Shown here: one piece after another, positions 26,857 through 35,296 of the stretch | How positions within the stretch are numbered: position 1 is the stretch's first letter | Layout of the letters: every line of letters begins with the position of its first letter | Assembly: GCA_002502295.1 (NCBI GenBank) | Contig: DANX01000042.1 | Coordinates: 6,721-42,016, forward strand | Source of the DNA: Euryarchaeota archaeon UBA561 | GTDB taxonomy: Archaea; Thermoplasmatota; Poseidoniia; Poseidoniales; Poseidoniaceae | Length of the DNA: 35,296 bases | Direction of reading: 5' to 3' | Position numbers and translations under genes: made by a program | The notes under the pieces: model-generated | The model's input: the letters and a program-made list of their open reading frames with translations, nothing else | The model's database searches: none | Told to the model about the DNA's origin: nothing

Positions 26857-28863
26857 TTGGTGGGGACATTGCAAAACGGGGTTAGTGGATGGTATGCACG
26901 ATTGGACCGATGCCTTGACAACCGCGAATTACAAATTGACATCTGGCTTACAACCTGGGAAAAATCTCTCAGGACCTTCCAGCCCATTGCCGCCCTGCTC
27001 CCCGAAGACTGGCCCACGCTGCCTGCTAACCTCTTGACAGACCCCGGTCACGTTCTCGACCATCTTCTCGCTCGGCATGACGCAGAATCAGATGGTCGCT
27101 CCCCGCGTGGTGCTCACCCGACACCCCCCCGGCTGGCAGACGCCGTCATCTGTTCGGAAATGAAAGAGACCATGGTCAATCCCAAGAAGCCCGTTCAACA
27201 ATCAAATTTCCTGATCAGCAACCTCCCTCCCGGATTCCGCCAGCATGTTGAACAACTCAATCTACCCAAGGCTACCCAAGACAACGAAGTTGACGACGAA
27301 GCTGAACTGCAAGCGGTGAATGAAGACAAGCGCACGCTCAGCGGCATACCTTTGCCAGTCGCCGACACGGCCGCAGGCGGCGGTTTATTCCACGCTCGCC
27401 TGATTCGCCGGCACGCTGATGCTCACGAGGACGCCGATCTCGAATTGCGCAAGGAAGACAGCCGTCGTTTGTTTTCCAACATTCAACTCTTGGATGTGAA
27501 CCCCTTGGTGGTCAAGAGCACAAAAACAAGACTCCTCCTTGAATCCATTCGCCATGAGTTGGTGAGTTTTGGCCCAGAAACTCCCGGAAAAATCTCCCGG
27601 AAAGAAATGGAATCTCTGCTTGACGAAGGCGTCCGACAAGGCGATGCGTTGCAGGGTGAATGGCCATGGCAACAAGCCCCCGAATTGGTCCTAACCAATC
27701 CGCCGTGGTTGCGCATCAAGGACCGCTTCCGAGGAATGGATGACGGAAGTCAGCTCCGCAAGGAATTGGGCGATCAACTTCGAAGCCTAACCGATGACGG
27801 GAAACCTCGTTTCTCAACCATGCGAGGAAACGTCAACCTTTACCGCCTGTTCATTGAACGTAGCCTGCAGATTCTGAACGATGGAGGGCGGTTGCGCATC
27901 ATTGCGCCAGATAGCCTCCTTCGAGAGCAATCTTCGCACCCACTCCGTGAATTGCTTGTGCGGCACCACGGCTGGACTCACGCCTGGGCAATTGAAGAAG
28001 CAAACCTCCTGTTCCCTGGAATGACGCAAGGCGTTGTTGTTCTCGGCATCACCGCCGGTGGTGAGGCTTCCGCTCTCAACCTCCAAGGACCCATCACGCG
28101 AGCTGACTTGCGTCGAGAAGGGGTAGGATTGTCATCCCGCGTTCCTGTGTTTGAACTCGAAGAAACACAATGGAAAGGTTGGGCCAGAGACACATGGGCC
28201 GTGCCTCGGCTCCCTCGAGATCGCGTGGAACGGAATTACACCCTTGCGGTGCTTGACCGCTTGGCGAAACTTCCTCGCCTAAGCGACGAAGAGCACCCGT
28301 TGACCACCAACAAGCGCCAGGTGCGTGTTCGCGTGGGTGAAATTGACCAAACCTCTCACGCCAAGAGCATTGAAACATGGGTCAAGGGGAAACGAAGTCG
28401 CCCCTTCATCCGAGGCGTGCATTTTTCAGAGAGTGAAGAAGGAAAGGTGTTCATTCGCCACCCTGCGTTCCGTACCGATATTCCATCCCGTGCCAGTGAA
28501 CGCCAACTTGCCATGTGGGCCGGTGAGAATCACCCCTCCTACGGGCCCAGGCTGGCCTGTCAAGCCATCGTCAACGCCCATCAAGAACGGCGTTTGCGCT
28601 GGGCCGTCATCCCCGAAGGAAGTGTTCTTGGAAACAGCGTAAACCACATTGAGCTTCATGATGACATTCAAACCCGCCTTGTGGAGGAGCATTCAGACAT
28701 AGAATCCGGTTTGGAGTGGCTCTGCAGCCACCTGAACAACAACGATCTCGATGAGTGGGCACGAGCTTGGGCTGCCAACAACAACGTCAACAACTACGAA
28801 TTGGAAATGCTACCGGTGGAATTGCCAGACTCGTTTCCACAATTCAGCGGTCTCGTCCGCTGA
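26857..28863 (+). CDS. Gamma-class amino (N6-adenine) DNA methyltransferase-like protein (Eco57I/TaqI-like architecture)
   Basis: xTP motif (HPTPPRLA), motif I-like DTAAGGGLF, GDAL, motif IV TNPPW, NLYRLFIERS, and a C-terminal TRD-like region. Start uncertain. Confidence 0.8.
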   Translation: MVGTLQNGVSGWYARLDRCLDNRELQIDIWLTTWEKSLRTFQPIAALLPEDWPTLPANLLTDPGHVLDHLLARHDAESDGRSPRGAHPTPPRLADAVICSEMKETMVNPKKPVQQSNFLISNLPPGFRQHVEQLNLPKATQDNEVDDEAELQAVNEDKRTLSGIPLPVADTAAGGGLFHARLIRRHADAHEDADLELRKEDSRRLFSNIQLLDVNPLVVKSTKTRLLLESIRHELVSFGPETPGKISRKEMESLLDEGVRQGDALQGEWPWQQAPELVLTNPPWLRIKDRFRGMDDGSQLRKELGDQLRSLTDDGKPRFSTMRGNVNLYRLFIERSLQILNDGGRLRIIAPDSLLREQSSHPLRELLVRHHGWTHAWAIEEANLLFPGMTQGVVVLGITAGGEASALNLQGPITRADLRREGVGLSSRVPVFELEETQWKGWARDTWAVPRLPRDRVERNYTLAVLDRLAKLPRLSDEEHPLTTNKRQVRVRVGEIDQTSHAKSIETWVKGKRSRPFIRGVHFSESEEGKVFIRHPAFRTDIPSRASERQLAMWAGENHPSYGPRLACQAIVNAHQERRLRWAVIPEGSVLGNSVNHIELHDDIQTRLVEEHSDIESGLEWLCSHLNNNDLDEWARAWAANNNVNNYELEMLPVELPDSFPQFSGLVR

Positions 28864-28973
28864 ACGGTGAAATGCGCATGTTTGATTTCCGAATTCCCGC
28901 GTTTTGAACACGATAATTTATACCAATTGCCTGTCTAGCACCAATAGCGAACATTCCAGGAGATGAATTGACA

Positions 28974-29555
28974 ATGGGCGTTCATCCAAAGATTGGAATC
29001 ACTGGTTTGCCGCGCAGTGGAAAATCAGCCGTCATGGAAAAGGTCCTCGACATGCTGCTTGACGAGCGAAAGCGCGAGATCTCCATGCGCGGTGGCTCGT
29101 CTGAACATCCAATCCTCGGCGGGCTGCGAACCGAACCCTTGCTCGAAGACGGTGAGCGAATGGGTTACAAAGTCATCGACATTGTTTCAGGAGAAGAGGG
29201 TACCATCGCTCACAAGAAAATTGATTCACGTCTGCGGGTTCTTGGATACGGCATCGATGTAGAAGAGCTCGACCGGGTGGCTTTGCCAGCCATCGATTAT
29301 GCTCAACACAATTGCGAGGTGTTGGTCATTGACGAAATCGGTAAATTCTCTGTTGAGTCGGAGGCTTTTGTTCAAGCTGTTCGGAGCGCATTGGAAGTGG
29401 ACATGCCAACCTTGCTTACTCTGCACAAAAAGAGCCGCCATCCGCTCCTTCAAGATATTCGCCGACGCGATGACGGGCGCATCCTCGAAGTGACCCCCGT
29501 TAACCGGGCCTTGCTACCATACAAGATTCACAAGCTGATGCGTGAAACATACTGA
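28974..29555 (+). CDS. Nucleoside-triphosphatase (THEP1/NTPase_1 family)
   Basis: Walker A ITGLPRSGKS and Walker B LVIDEIGK. Confidence 0.88.
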   Translation: MGVHPKIGITGLPRSGKSAVMEKVLDMLLDERKREISMRGGSSEHPILGGLRTEPLLEDGERMGYKVIDIVSGEEGTIAHKKIDSRLRVLGYGIDVEELDRVALPAIDYAQHNCEVLVIDEIGKFSVESEAFVQAVRSALEVDMPTLLTLHKKSRHPLLQDIRRRDDGRILEVTPVNRALLPYKIHKLMRETY

Positions 29556-29607
29556 GCGTCCATGTTTGCAGCGGTTCCTTGATGTGGCCACCTTGCTTGG
29601 ACAACCC

Positions 29608-29949
29608 ATGCACCCCCCTAGCGTCGCCGTGGAGCGCCTCCTGTACGGAACAGGGGTCGGCCTGCTGCTTGGTGTTGGCTTTGGTTTGGAGTCAGGTCGG
29701 CTCTTCGGTTCCTCATCGCTTGCTGTGGAACTCTTCATCGCTTTGGCGGTGGCTTGTTTTGTCCTTGGATGGATGCTCGGAAATGGAGCAGGTCCTCTGG
29801 CCCGGTGGTTCTCTCACGAAACTGAAGAGGCCATGGCCAAACGAGTTCGTTCTGACATTGAAGAAGTTCACCGTTCTGAGGATGTCACGGCCAAATGGGC
29901 GGCCATGGAAGCGAAGGTACTCACAGAAGACCTCGGCGAAGAGGCTTGA
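29608..29949 (+). CDS. Small 2-TM membrane protein
   Basis: Gly-rich hydrophobic hairpin plus charged tail. Start set at ATG 29608. Confidence 0.65.
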   Translation: MHPPSVAVERLLYGTGVGLLLGVGFGLESGRLFGSSSLAVELFIALAVACFVLGWMLGNGAGPLARWFSHETEEAMAKRVRSDIEEVHRSEDVTAKWAAMEAKVLTEDLGEEA

Positions 29950-30008
29950 AAAAACACATCGTAGGGTTGATGTGTGTTCACCGTGTCGTTGAGCGCAGAG
30001 GCGAGACC

Positions 30009-30392
30009 ATGAGCGATGTCCCAGAAGGATTGTACTACACCAAAGAACACGAATGGATGCGAGTTGAAGGCGACACCGTAACCATTGGCATCACCGACCA
30101 CGCTCAGGACATGCTGACCGATATCGTGTACATTGAACTCCCTGAAGAAGGGGATGAAGTCGACGACATGGGTGAATTTGCCGTCGTTGAGTCGGTCAAA
30201 TCGGCTTCACCAATCTTTGCCCCACTCGCAGGCACCATCACCGCCGTCAACCTGGACCTTGAAGACACTCCAGAACTCATGAATTCCTCTCCTTATGGCG
30301 ATGGATGGATTGTCAAAATGACATTGAATGAACCCGGGGCCGTCGCCAATTTGATGGACGCCGCCGCCTACAAAGCGGAAATTGGCGAGTGA
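30009..30392 (+). CDS. gcvH: Glycine cleavage system H protein
   Basis: YTKEHEW, GITDHAQ, lipoyl-Lys VESVKS, NSSPYGDGW. Confidence 0.95.
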   Translation: MSDVPEGLYYTKEHEWMRVEGDTVTIGITDHAQDMLTDIVYIELPEEGDEVDDMGEFAVVESVKSASPIFAPLAGTITAVNLDLEDTPELMNSSPYGDGWIVKMTLNEPGAVANLMDAAAYKAEIGE

Positions 30393-30396
30393 GTTC

Positions 30397-30936
30397 ATGG
30401 TTGAAACCCCTGCGCTGACCCTGTACGTTGACGGGTCGTGCTTGGGCAACCAAAACGTAAACGCCTCAACTCCAGCATCTTGGGGATTGGTGATTGTCAC
30501 CGGCGATTCCGGCCTCGGTAAAGGATCGGGTGAACTGCACCATGAGGAAGCAGGCTCCGTTGTGACCTCACCGGAGACCGAGGGATTCCTTGGCGCTGAA
30601 GTCGGCTCCAACAATACGGCGGAATTGAGCGGTTTTGCAGCAGCACTTCGATGGCTCCTCATCGAAGGAAACGATTCCGCCGCCATGATTCGGGCGGACT
30701 CGACCTATGCTGGGAACCTCGCCAGTGGAGTTTGGAAAGCCAAGGCGAACCGGGAATTGGTTGCGAACGTCCAGATGCTGTGGAAAGAGGTGGCTGCCCT
30801 TCGTCCACTATCATGGTCTCATGTCAAGGCTCATCGGGGCCACCGTTGGAACGAGCGTGCCGATCATTTGGCTTCCCGCCACGCGATGGGCGAACTTCCT
30901 GAGCCGCTGACATTTTGGAAACCTGGCCAGCGTTAA
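30397..30936 (+). CDS. rnhA: Ribonuclease HI
   Basis: YVDGSCLGN, NNTAEL, DSTY, HVKAH.GHRWNERADHLA (D-E-D-D). Confidence 0.9.
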   Translation: MVETPALTLYVDGSCLGNQNVNASTPASWGLVIVTGDSGLGKGSGELHHEEAGSVVTSPETEGFLGAEVGSNNTAELSGFAAALRWLLIEGNDSAAMIRADSTYAGNLASGVWKAKANRELVANVQMLWKEVAALRPLSWSHVKAHRGHRWNERADHLASRHAMGELPEPLTFWKPGQR

Positions 30937-31796
30937 CCATCAAGTCGCCGCTGCAACCAATGCGTGAATTCTTCGCGATAATCGGGGCGTCTCAGAGCAT
31001 GGTCCACTTGGGCCTTCAACCACAACAATGGAGCGCCCGAATCGTACCATTGGGCCTCATCAAACACGACTCCATGAAGGGTTCCGTCATTCATCCAGTG
31101 TTGAAGCAAAGCGATGCTTTGCAAATCTCCATGGGCTTCGTAGGAATATTCTTGAAGGAGTTTCCCCGTTTCTTCTGGAAAGACATATCGGCCGCACAAG
31201 GCCAATCGAGAAGGGGCTTCACCAACGGTTGGCTTCTCAACGATCTGGTTGATGCGTGGGCCGTCCATCGCAACGATTCCATATTGCGAAACGGCGTTTT
31301 CATCCACTTCCATCAACCCAACCGTGGCCTCACCGGTGCTCATGTAAGCCTCAATGAGTCGCTTCGAGCATCCAGATGGTGTGAACGCGTCAACGGGAGC
31401 GTGGAAATCCATCATAAGTGTGTCACCGAGCATGACCAGAAACGGACCGCTCACCGCTGGAAGCGCTGCCTCAATGGCGTTTCCAACCCCCATGGGCTGA
31501 TGCTGGAGATGCACCTGGACCTCAAGGTCGGCCACAGCATTGAACAGTGATTCATCCAGATGAGGCCGCAAGGCGTGAAGATCTCGACGGTCCTCAAGAA
31601 GCGCATCGAACGACTTTGATGGAGACGTGACGATGTGAATCCGGTCCACGCCTGCCTCTTTCGCCTCCAACACGAGATGGGTGAGCAAAGGCACATCGAC
31701 AAGCGGAAGCGATTCTTTTGACGAAAAGGCACTTGCTGGAAACATACGCGTGCCGAGCCCCGCTGCGATCAAGACAGCGTCCCGAACCGTGTCCAT
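30933..31796 (-). CDS. galU: UTP--glucose-1-phosphate uridylyltransferase-like
   Basis: AVLIAAGLGTRMFPAS..KESLPLVD, QHQPMGVGNA, YGIV, VEKP, GRYVF, YDSG. Start set at 31796. Confidence 0.8.
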   Translation of the reverse strand: MDTVRDAVLIAAGLGTRMFPASAFSSKESLPLVDVPLLTHLVLEAKEAGVDRIHIVTSPSKSFDALLEDRRDLHALRPHLDESLFNAVADLEVQVHLQHQPMGVGNAIEAALPAVSGPFLVMLGDTLMMDFHAPVDAFTPSGCSKRLIEAYMSTGEATVGLMEVDENAVSQYGIVAMDGPRINQIVEKPTVGEAPSRLALCGRYVFPEETGKLLQEYSYEAHGDLQSIALLQHWMNDGTLHGVVFDEAQWYDSGAPLLWLKAQVDHALRRPDYREEFTHWLQRRLDG

Positions 31797-31845
31797 GAAC
31801 ACCCACACAAGGCACAGGCTTTCAAGCGTGGCGTTCCAGCGAAGG

Positions 31846-32259
31846 ATGATGGAGCGAAAAGGCACCGCTGGTCTCCTCGTGGCTGGCCTGGTTTTGGTGG
31901 CCCAGTCCTTCACCACCATGGCCCCTGCTGGACCATGGGATTCCCCATCCTTCACACGCGGGGCCTTCGGCCTGGTAGGATTGGTGCTCATCTATTTGGC
32001 ATGGTTCAACCACACCTTCGGCAAGATGGGCGTGGCGCCAACGGTGAATCGATGGAAAACACCGGAGACAACCTGGCTCAACGTGGTGGTGTTTGGACTC
32101 GTTTGCCTCATTCTCACGAGAATCATACGATGGATGGACACGGGTGGAGTGGTCCCAGAACCGGGAGGACTTTTGCTGGGTCTGATCGGCTTTTTGGCCT
32201 TGATGAACGGTCTGTATGTTTGGCTTATCACAAACGGTCCATTGAACGAGGAAGAATAA
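31846..32259 (+). CDS. Uncharacterised 4-TM membrane protein
   Basis: Four hydrophobic segments. Divergent from galU. Confidence 0.7.
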   Translation: MMERKGTAGLLVAGLVLVAQSFTTMAPAGPWDSPSFTRGAFGLVGLVLIYLAWFNHTFGKMGVAPTVNRWKTPETTWLNVVVFGLVCLILTRIIRWMDTGGVVPEPGGLLLGLIGFLALMNGLYVWLITNGPLNEEE

Positions 32260-32261
32260 GT

Positions 32262-33725
32262 TCAGCCATCCAATGAACGGAGGGCATCGTCAACATCGGG
32301 GAGGCTTTCGGGCGCCTCCAATTCTGAAACGTGGACCGCCCGTTGTTCGCTGACCGGTTGTGGACCCTTCCCCACCAACCACGCTTGCCAGGCATGGCTG
32401 CGTTCGGTGCGACGAAGTGTAAGTGGCTCCCAAAGAGGGTTCAAATCCACCTTCGCATCGTGCAGTGCTTTGACCTGAGTAGCAAAATGTTCCGGTGCAA
32501 TTTCCTCCATCCGTATCATGAGTTCTCGCAGCCGACTACGCACAACTTCATCCCCGTCTTTCCATAGGTTGTGAAAAATACCCCGGCTATCCGTTGGGTC
32601 GTATTGGATGTACTCCCTGAGGTTGGATACGATGTTCCTCCGGACAATCGCCAAGGGGTGTTCAACGAGTTGTTTCAAGCGGTCGGCCCACAATTCCTTA
32701 TCCAGGTACCTCACATCTCCAACTGTCGCACTTGCTGCAGCGAGGACACCTTCATCCTCAGAGGACAACATATCGTCCAAAAACGGAAGAGCATCCCATG
32801 TGAGTCGACGAAAAAGGCGGGTAAGGACATCGGCCATGGCACGACGAACCAAGACGTCCTCTCGCTCGTGGAGTCGTTGAGCGAGTTGGTGGCCAAAATC
32901 CCGGTCGGCTTCTATGGCTTTGGCCAAGCAAAGGGTCACTTTGTTGGCAACTTCCGCTACAGGATCAGAGGCACGCCGAAGAAGGATGTCCTTGAGCCCA
33001 AGAGGTTCGATGAGCGGCTTTCGCTCAAGAAGCAGTCGCACCCATTCGAGAAGCAAAAGCCGGCGGTCCAAGTCCCCGTCTTCTAACCGTTCAAGGAGCC
33101 AACGGGCCGCTGTAACGCCATGGTCGTGAGCAACCACCGTGCTGGACATGCGTGGAACGGCCGCGTGAGGATTCCAATCCATGTGTTGTGGCCCAGCATC
33201 GGGCTGCGTGTGCCACGTACCGGGTCGCTCAGCCAGGGCAATTGATTCCACGAGATGGTAGCCTTGGTGGACGGGTTGCCCGTAGGGCACGGTAGCTAAG
33301 CCGTTCAACAATGAGATGCTGAGCCACCACCGATCGGTATTGGGTGCGTGGGGATCAAAAGCCTGCGCTAACCAATCGGTAGCAATGTGGAACAACAAGC
33401 GATGAGCGACATCATCCATCCGTCGACGCAGCCACTTTTGATGGATTTCAAACGGGTCATCGCTCAAATTCATTCGGTGCGGGACAAGGAGCTCCACGAC
33501 GGTGTTGAGGTGTCGGTCAAACATGCCGCGGTCAATGCTAAGGATGCCAAGTCCTTCTTCGAATAAACGGTGCGGAGACGTGGGGGGAATGGGGGGGAAA
33601 TCTGGATCACTCATGGGTGGCTCTGGCAACGGCCATGCTTTCGTGCCCCGCTCAAGGGCCTCGACTAGTCCTGTTGCTACGCGTTCAAACGCTGCGTCGG
33701 AGATTTTTGCTCGGCTCTTGCTCAC
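32262..33725 (-). CDS. HEAT/ARM-like repeat protein
   Basis: Repeats of DPVAEVA, EDVLVRRAMA, DEGVLAAA, PLAIVRR, DEVVRSRL. GGAGGT at 33733-33738 precedes the GTG. Confidence 0.7.
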   Translation of the reverse strand: MSKSRAKISDAAFERVATGLVEALERGTKAWPLPEPPMSDPDFPPIPPTSPHRLFEEGLGILSIDRGMFDRHLNTVVELLVPHRMNLSDDPFEIHQKWLRRRMDDVAHRLLFHIATDWLAQAFDPHAPNTDRWWLSISLLNGLATVPYGQPVHQGYHLVESIALAERPGTWHTQPDAGPQHMDWNPHAAVPRMSSTVVAHDHGVTAARWLLERLEDGDLDRRLLLLEWVRLLLERKPLIEPLGLKDILLRRASDPVAEVANKVTLCLAKAIEADRDFGHQLAQRLHEREDVLVRRAMADVLTRLFRRLTWDALPFLDDMLSSEDEGVLAAASATVGDVRYLDKELWADRLKQLVEHPLAIVRRNIVSNLREYIQYDPTDSRGIFHNLWKDGDEVVRSRLRELMIRMEEIAPEHFATQVKALHDAKVDLNPLWEPLTLRRTERSHAWQAWLVGKGPQPVSEQRAVHVSELEAPESLPDVDDALRSLDG

Positions 33726-33764
33726 GCGGTTGACCTCCTGTTTCCCGCCGAATGCACGGTGGAA

Positions 33765-34691
33765 TCAAATGTCGAGCTCGATGTTGAGGTTCTGAATCAG
33801 TTCCTTGTATCGGTTTCGAATGGTGACTTCAGTCACACCAGCAACTTCAGCAACTTCACGCTGTGTTCGCCGCTTTCCACACAACACAGAGGCGATGTAG
33901 ATAATCGAAGCCGCAATACCTGTCGGTCCCCGGCCGCTGGTCAGTTCTTTTTCCTGAGCGGCTTTGATGAGTTCGTACGCTTTGGCTTCAACATCAGCGT
34001 CAAGGCCCAAGCCCGAGCAGAACCGAGAGATGTAGTCTTCTGGTCCTGTTGGCATGATTTTCATTTTCAATTCACGAACCATAAATCGGTACGTGCGTCC
34101 AATTTCTTTGCGGCCCGTACGAGAGGCTTGCCCAATTTCGTCAAGGGTCCTCGGCACGCCACATTGACGGCATGCAGCATAAAGGGACGCAGCGGCGACA
34201 CCTTCGATGGACCGTCCACGGATCAACCGCTTGTCCACGGCTTTCTTGTAGTTCACAGCCGCTGCTTCGCGCACCGACTTCGGGAGTTCCAAACGGCTGG
34301 CCATTCGATCAAGTTCAGCGAGAGCCATGGCGAGATTGCGCTCCGTAGCGTTGCTGACGCGGCTCCGCTTCTGCCACTTTCGCATTCGGTAGAATTGGGA
34401 GCGGTATCGGGAATTGATGGTCTTCCCAGAGTAATCCTTGTTCTGCCAATCGATGTCCGTGGACAACCCTTTGTCGTGCAGCATCACGGTCATTGGTGCG
34501 CCTGTGCGGGCGCGCTGGTCGCCTTGTTCGGGTGAAAAGACACGCCATTCTGCACCTTGGTCGATGACGTTGTCTTCCAACACCAACCCACAGTCGTCAC
34601 AAACGACTTCTCCACGGGTCTCGTCTCTTGAGAGCGACCGGCTTGCGCATTCAGGGCATTTGACAATATCTTCGACTTGCTGTTCATCCAT
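33765..34691 (-). CDS. tfb: Transcription initiation factor IIB
   Basis: Zn ribbon CPEC...CDDCG, B-reader EWRVF, and two cyclin repeats ([22 protein letters not shown]). Confidence 0.97.
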   Translation of the reverse strand: MDEQQVEDIVKCPECASRSLSRDETRGEVVCDDCGLVLEDNVIDQGAEWRVFSPEQGDQRARTGAPMTVMLHDKGLSTDIDWQNKDYSGKTINSRYRSQFYRMRKWQKRSRVSNATERNLAMALAELDRMASRLELPKSVREAAAVNYKKAVDKRLIRGRSIEGVAAASLYAACRQCGVPRTLDEIGQASRTGRKEIGRTYRFMVRELKMKIMPTGPEDYISRFCSGLGLDADVEAKAYELIKAAQEKELTSGRGPTGIAASIIYIASVLCGKRRTQREVAEVAGVTEVTIRNRYKELIQNLNIELDI

Positions 34692-34727
34692 AGTAATCCC
34701 ACACGTGTTCACATCGATGTGCGAACC

Positions 34728-34742
34728 TATTTAACCCCTTTT
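34728..34742 (-). promoter_or_regulatory. BRE-TATA-like promoter of tfb (AAAAGGGG TTAAATA on minus strand)
   Basis: A purine-rich stretch sits directly 5' of TTAAATA, about 37 nt upstream of ATG 34691. A second TATAAATA box lies at 34751-34758. Confidence 0.55.
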
Positions 34743-34868
34743 GGAATTGGTATTTATACTTGATGATTCGAATGGACGCCCGTTTCTATCAAGGCCGTGC
34801 GGGAGTAAAAAATCAACTCCCGAACCGATTATGAATGGTTGACCCCTGAACGGAGTTGAGGGGGGGAC

Positions 34869-35296
34869 ATGGGAAACACGAAACCGTCGGACCACATCTC
34901 ACTCACCCCAGGAAAGCGCGTGCTCTTCCTCACCAAAGATTTGGAACTCATCAAGAAGCAACTCTACGAGGGCTTGAACCTGCAGATGAAGGATTTGAAG
35001 GTTGATGACCTCCTTGACGATATCAACACCGATGTCATGACACCTGCATGGGTCTGTTTTGACCACGACCCGGCTGAAATTGCGAAAAATGCCTACGCTG
35101 GCCTCATGCACAATGGCCTTCGGGTGTTTCGAGAAAATGCTCTCAAGGACGGGAATTTTGAAGTGATTGTTTCAGGGCAAAGAAAAGGCACCGGTTCCAG
35201 CCGAGAAACCGCCGCCCAATGCGAACGATGGGCTGGCATTGGCATCGTTATCGCTGCGTCCTTCGCTCCCATCCACGAACGGAACAACATCAACCT
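34869..35296 (+). CDS. Aconitase/isopropylmalate isomerase family protein, swivel (LeuD-like) domain; 3'-truncated
   Basis: Not in the ORF track because there is no stop in the window. Manual translation gives MGNTKPSD...DDINTDVMTPAW...GTGSSRETA...GIGIVIAASFAPIHERNNIN. Confidence 0.85.
   Translation, partial: MGNTKPSDHISLTPGKRVLFLTKDLELIKKQLYEGLNLQMKDLKVDDLLDDINTDVMTPAWVCFDHDPAEIAKNAYAGLMHNGLRVFRENALKDGNFEVIVSGQRKGTGSSRETAAQCERWAGIGIVIAASFAPIHERNNIN

Noticed and set aside
30009-30392. gcvH without gcvP/gcvT
   Set aside because: Scattered gcv genes are common and partners may lie outside the window.
30915-31550. 211-aa plus-strand ORF (likewise 15917-16528, 19862-20506, 12986-13552)
   Set aside because: Each is antisense to a better-supported gene and has no recognisable features.
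33759-34535. 258-aa antisense ORF
   Set aside because: Shadow of the highly conserved tfb gene.
1-35296. CRISPR arrays, tRNA/rRNA, IS elements, inteins
   Set aside because: Intergenic gaps are all under about 180 bp. I saw no periodic repeats, cloverleaf/TpsiC signatures, transposase motifs or intein motifs by eye.

Overview
Gene-dense, archaeal-type chromosomal segment. It carries TFB, archaeal phosphopantothenate synthetase, a Pcc1-like protein and BRE/TATA-like promoters, mixed with many bacterial-type metabolic genes. This pattern suggests Marine Group II/Poseidoniales euryarchaea, which is an inference and not a search result. About 42 CDS are present, with partial genes at both ends. 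I saw no rRNA, tRNA, CRISPR, transposase or integrase. The most unusual area is 2.6-8.3 kb. It holds a compact bacterial/poxvirus-type topoisomerase IB, then a class II fumarase with an N-terminal ribbon-helix-helix (RHH)-like domain and an inverted repeat bracketing its TATA-like box. Next come an SPFH + Arc-like RHH pair with a phased TGAT(A/T)TCA operator-like array, and two paralogous membrane proteins with identical 5' ends. Other points of interest are a COG4337-like (iota-type) carbonic anhydrase candidate, tandem TerB proteins beside an orphan amino-methyltransferase, and a HEAT-like protein directly downstream of TFB. All calls come from motif recognition by eye, and many start codons were moved to more plausible downstream positions.
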